From Candidatus Bathyarchaeota archaeon (lineage in GTDB: Archaea > Thermoproteota > Bathyarchaeia > Bathyarchaeales > Bathycorpusculaceae): a stretch of DNA of 16,925 nucleotides. The stretch is taken from positions 1 to 16,925 of the forward strand of contig CAWGYA010000003.1 of the NCBI GenBank assembly GCA_963826715.1, written 5' to 3'. Made by a program: the position numbers and the translations under genes. The notes beneath the pieces were generated by a model. The model searched no databases. It was given only the letters and a program-made list of their open reading frames with translations, and was not told the DNA's origin. Shown one piece after another: positions 15,812 to 16,925 of this stretch. Position 1 is the stretch's first letter, and each line of letters starts with the position of its first letter.

Positions 15812-16891
15812 CTACATTTGCTTTTTGAGAAAGCTAAGTACTTTAGCTTTGGTTGGGTGCGACCCATTTTCTTCCGAAAGGTAACAGGCAGAAACTGCGT
15901 TTGCAAGCATTAAACGGCATTCTTCATTAATAGAGTTATGATAGCCGAATAAGTTGCCTGCGCACCAAGCGTCTCCTGCGCCGGTTGCTCGCAACGGCTT
16001 AATGTTAAACGTGGGAACTACTACTTCATTTGTGCCTTTTAGAGTGGCTGAAAAATCTGTGGTATGCAAATCAATTCGCGAGGAGAAATGTTTAGTCAAA
16101 ACCCTTGCGGCCTCCATTGCCAAATCCGAAACGCCCAAACTATTTTGTTTAGCTGCTGCTAAATCCGCGTCAAGGAAGCTTGCGTAAATGACGGCTTCGT
16201 TTTCGTTTAAGCTCAAGATATCCACCTGCTGGGTTTTAAGAACGTTCTTTACTAAATCAGCGATGCCCGTTTTATTTGGGGTTGGATCAGCAGTATCATA
16301 GTAAGTTTTACCTTTTCCTCGCTTGGCGCGACTGAAAATTATCTGGGCAAACTCAGTTCCATGATTCAGAGTGCCTGCCCAGTTAAAAAGGCAAATATAA
16401 TCTGCTTGCTCAAGTAATTCATAATCAGATTCTTCCAAATCGTCTGGACCAAAATCCGCCAGAGAAGCCAAGTCACGAAGCATAACATTGGTTTTCCCGT
16501 GTTGCCCTTTTAATTCTAGCGCAGTTGTGATGGATGCTTTGCTTCGGATTTTGATATGGGAAAGGTCAACAGATTGCTTTAGATGATACTTAATTTGTTC
16601 CAGCCCATAATTGCTGGTACATACAATTGGCGTAACGGTGACTCCTAGCTTAGTGAGGCCTGATGCAACATTTATGGCGTTTCCTCCTCGTAGGTCATTT
16701 TGAGAAATACCATCTAAGCTACCTCCTTTCCGCGCTGCAACTCTCGCTAATAACTCCGAGAATTCTGAGGCGTGCCAAGGTAGAGTGACTATGCGATCGA
16801 GGAAGAAATCTGGGGCAACTATTAAGTGACATTCCTTTTGCTTTGGCTGTTCCAGAAAGTCCTGAAGTTCCCGCTTGCATGCTGTTGACAT
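15812..16891 (-). CDS. PfkB/ribokinase-family carbohydrate kinase
   Basis: GGNAIN, YYDTADP, SLNENEA and the ATGAGDAW anion-hole motif. Likely start is ATG 16891, after AGGAG (16899-16903). Confidence 0.85.
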   Translation of the reverse strand: MSTACKRELQDFLEQPKQKECHLIVAPDFFLDRIVTLPWHASEFSELLARVAARKGGSLDGISQNDLRGGNAINVASGLTKLGVTVTPIVCTSNYGLEQIKYHLKQSVDLSHIKIRSKASITTALELKGQHGKTNVMLRDLASLADFGPDDLEESDYELLEQADYICLFNWAGTLNHGTEFAQIIFSRAKRGKGKTYYDTADPTPNKTGIADLVKNVLKTQQVDILSLNENEAVIYASFLDADLAAAKQNSLGVSDLAMEAARVLTKHFSSRIDLHTTDFSATLKGTNEVVVPTFNIKPLRATGAGDAWCAGNLFGYHNSINEECRLMLANAVSACYLSEENGSHPTKAKVLSFLKKQM

Positions 16892-16925
16892 CGAAAAGCT
16901 CCTATAGAGTGTATTTTCCAAAAGG

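Noticed and set aside
15991-15998. GCAACGGC matching the tRNA 5' end as a possible att site
   Set aside because: Only 8 bp and inside the intact PfkB coding sequence.
828-16187. Many 60-170 aa ORFs overlapping the main genes (e.g. 828-1046, 2270-2595, 5644-6102, 8523-9537, 10032-12987, 13136-16187)
   Set aside because: Antisense or alternate-frame shadows of well-supported genes, with no motifs of their own.
1-16925. CRISPR array, rRNA or IS transposase
   Set aside because: No regularly spaced repeats, rRNA-like sequence or DDE/HUH transposase motifs were seen.

Overview
Archaeal DNA, probably Bathyarchaeia-like (inferred from gene style and content, not from a search). It has two parts. 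(1) About 102-8221 is a visibly AT-richer, gene-sparse accessory island between the 5' end/promoter of a tRNA-Asn(GTT) gene (minus strand, cut by the window edge) and the stop codon of a radical SAM gene. It holds three tyrosine-recombinase relics: a near-complete gene at the left end broken by an in-frame TAA and a frameshift, an N-terminal fragment of a paralogue in the middle that the ORF track misses, and a frameshifted C-terminal fragment of a different-looking recombinase at the right end. Cargo includes an SDR, a D-2-hydroxyacid dehydrogenase, a membrane-anchored M14 zinc carboxypeptidase, zinc-ribbon proteins and a phosphoribosyltransferase fragment. The island is bounded by imperfect 24-bp inverted repeats (18/24), flanked by an 11-bp direct repeat (ATTTAAGCYTA) that coincides with the probable tRNA TATA box. 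This suggests integration into the tRNA promoter rather than the tRNA body. (2) 8244-16925 is core genome: a B12-binding-type radical SAM gene (possibly of the Grs/Gms tetraether-lipid-modifying family), a four-subunit 2-oxoacid:ferredoxin oxidoreductase operon (porC-D-A-B), and on the opposite strand a PfkB kinase, glmM and glmU.
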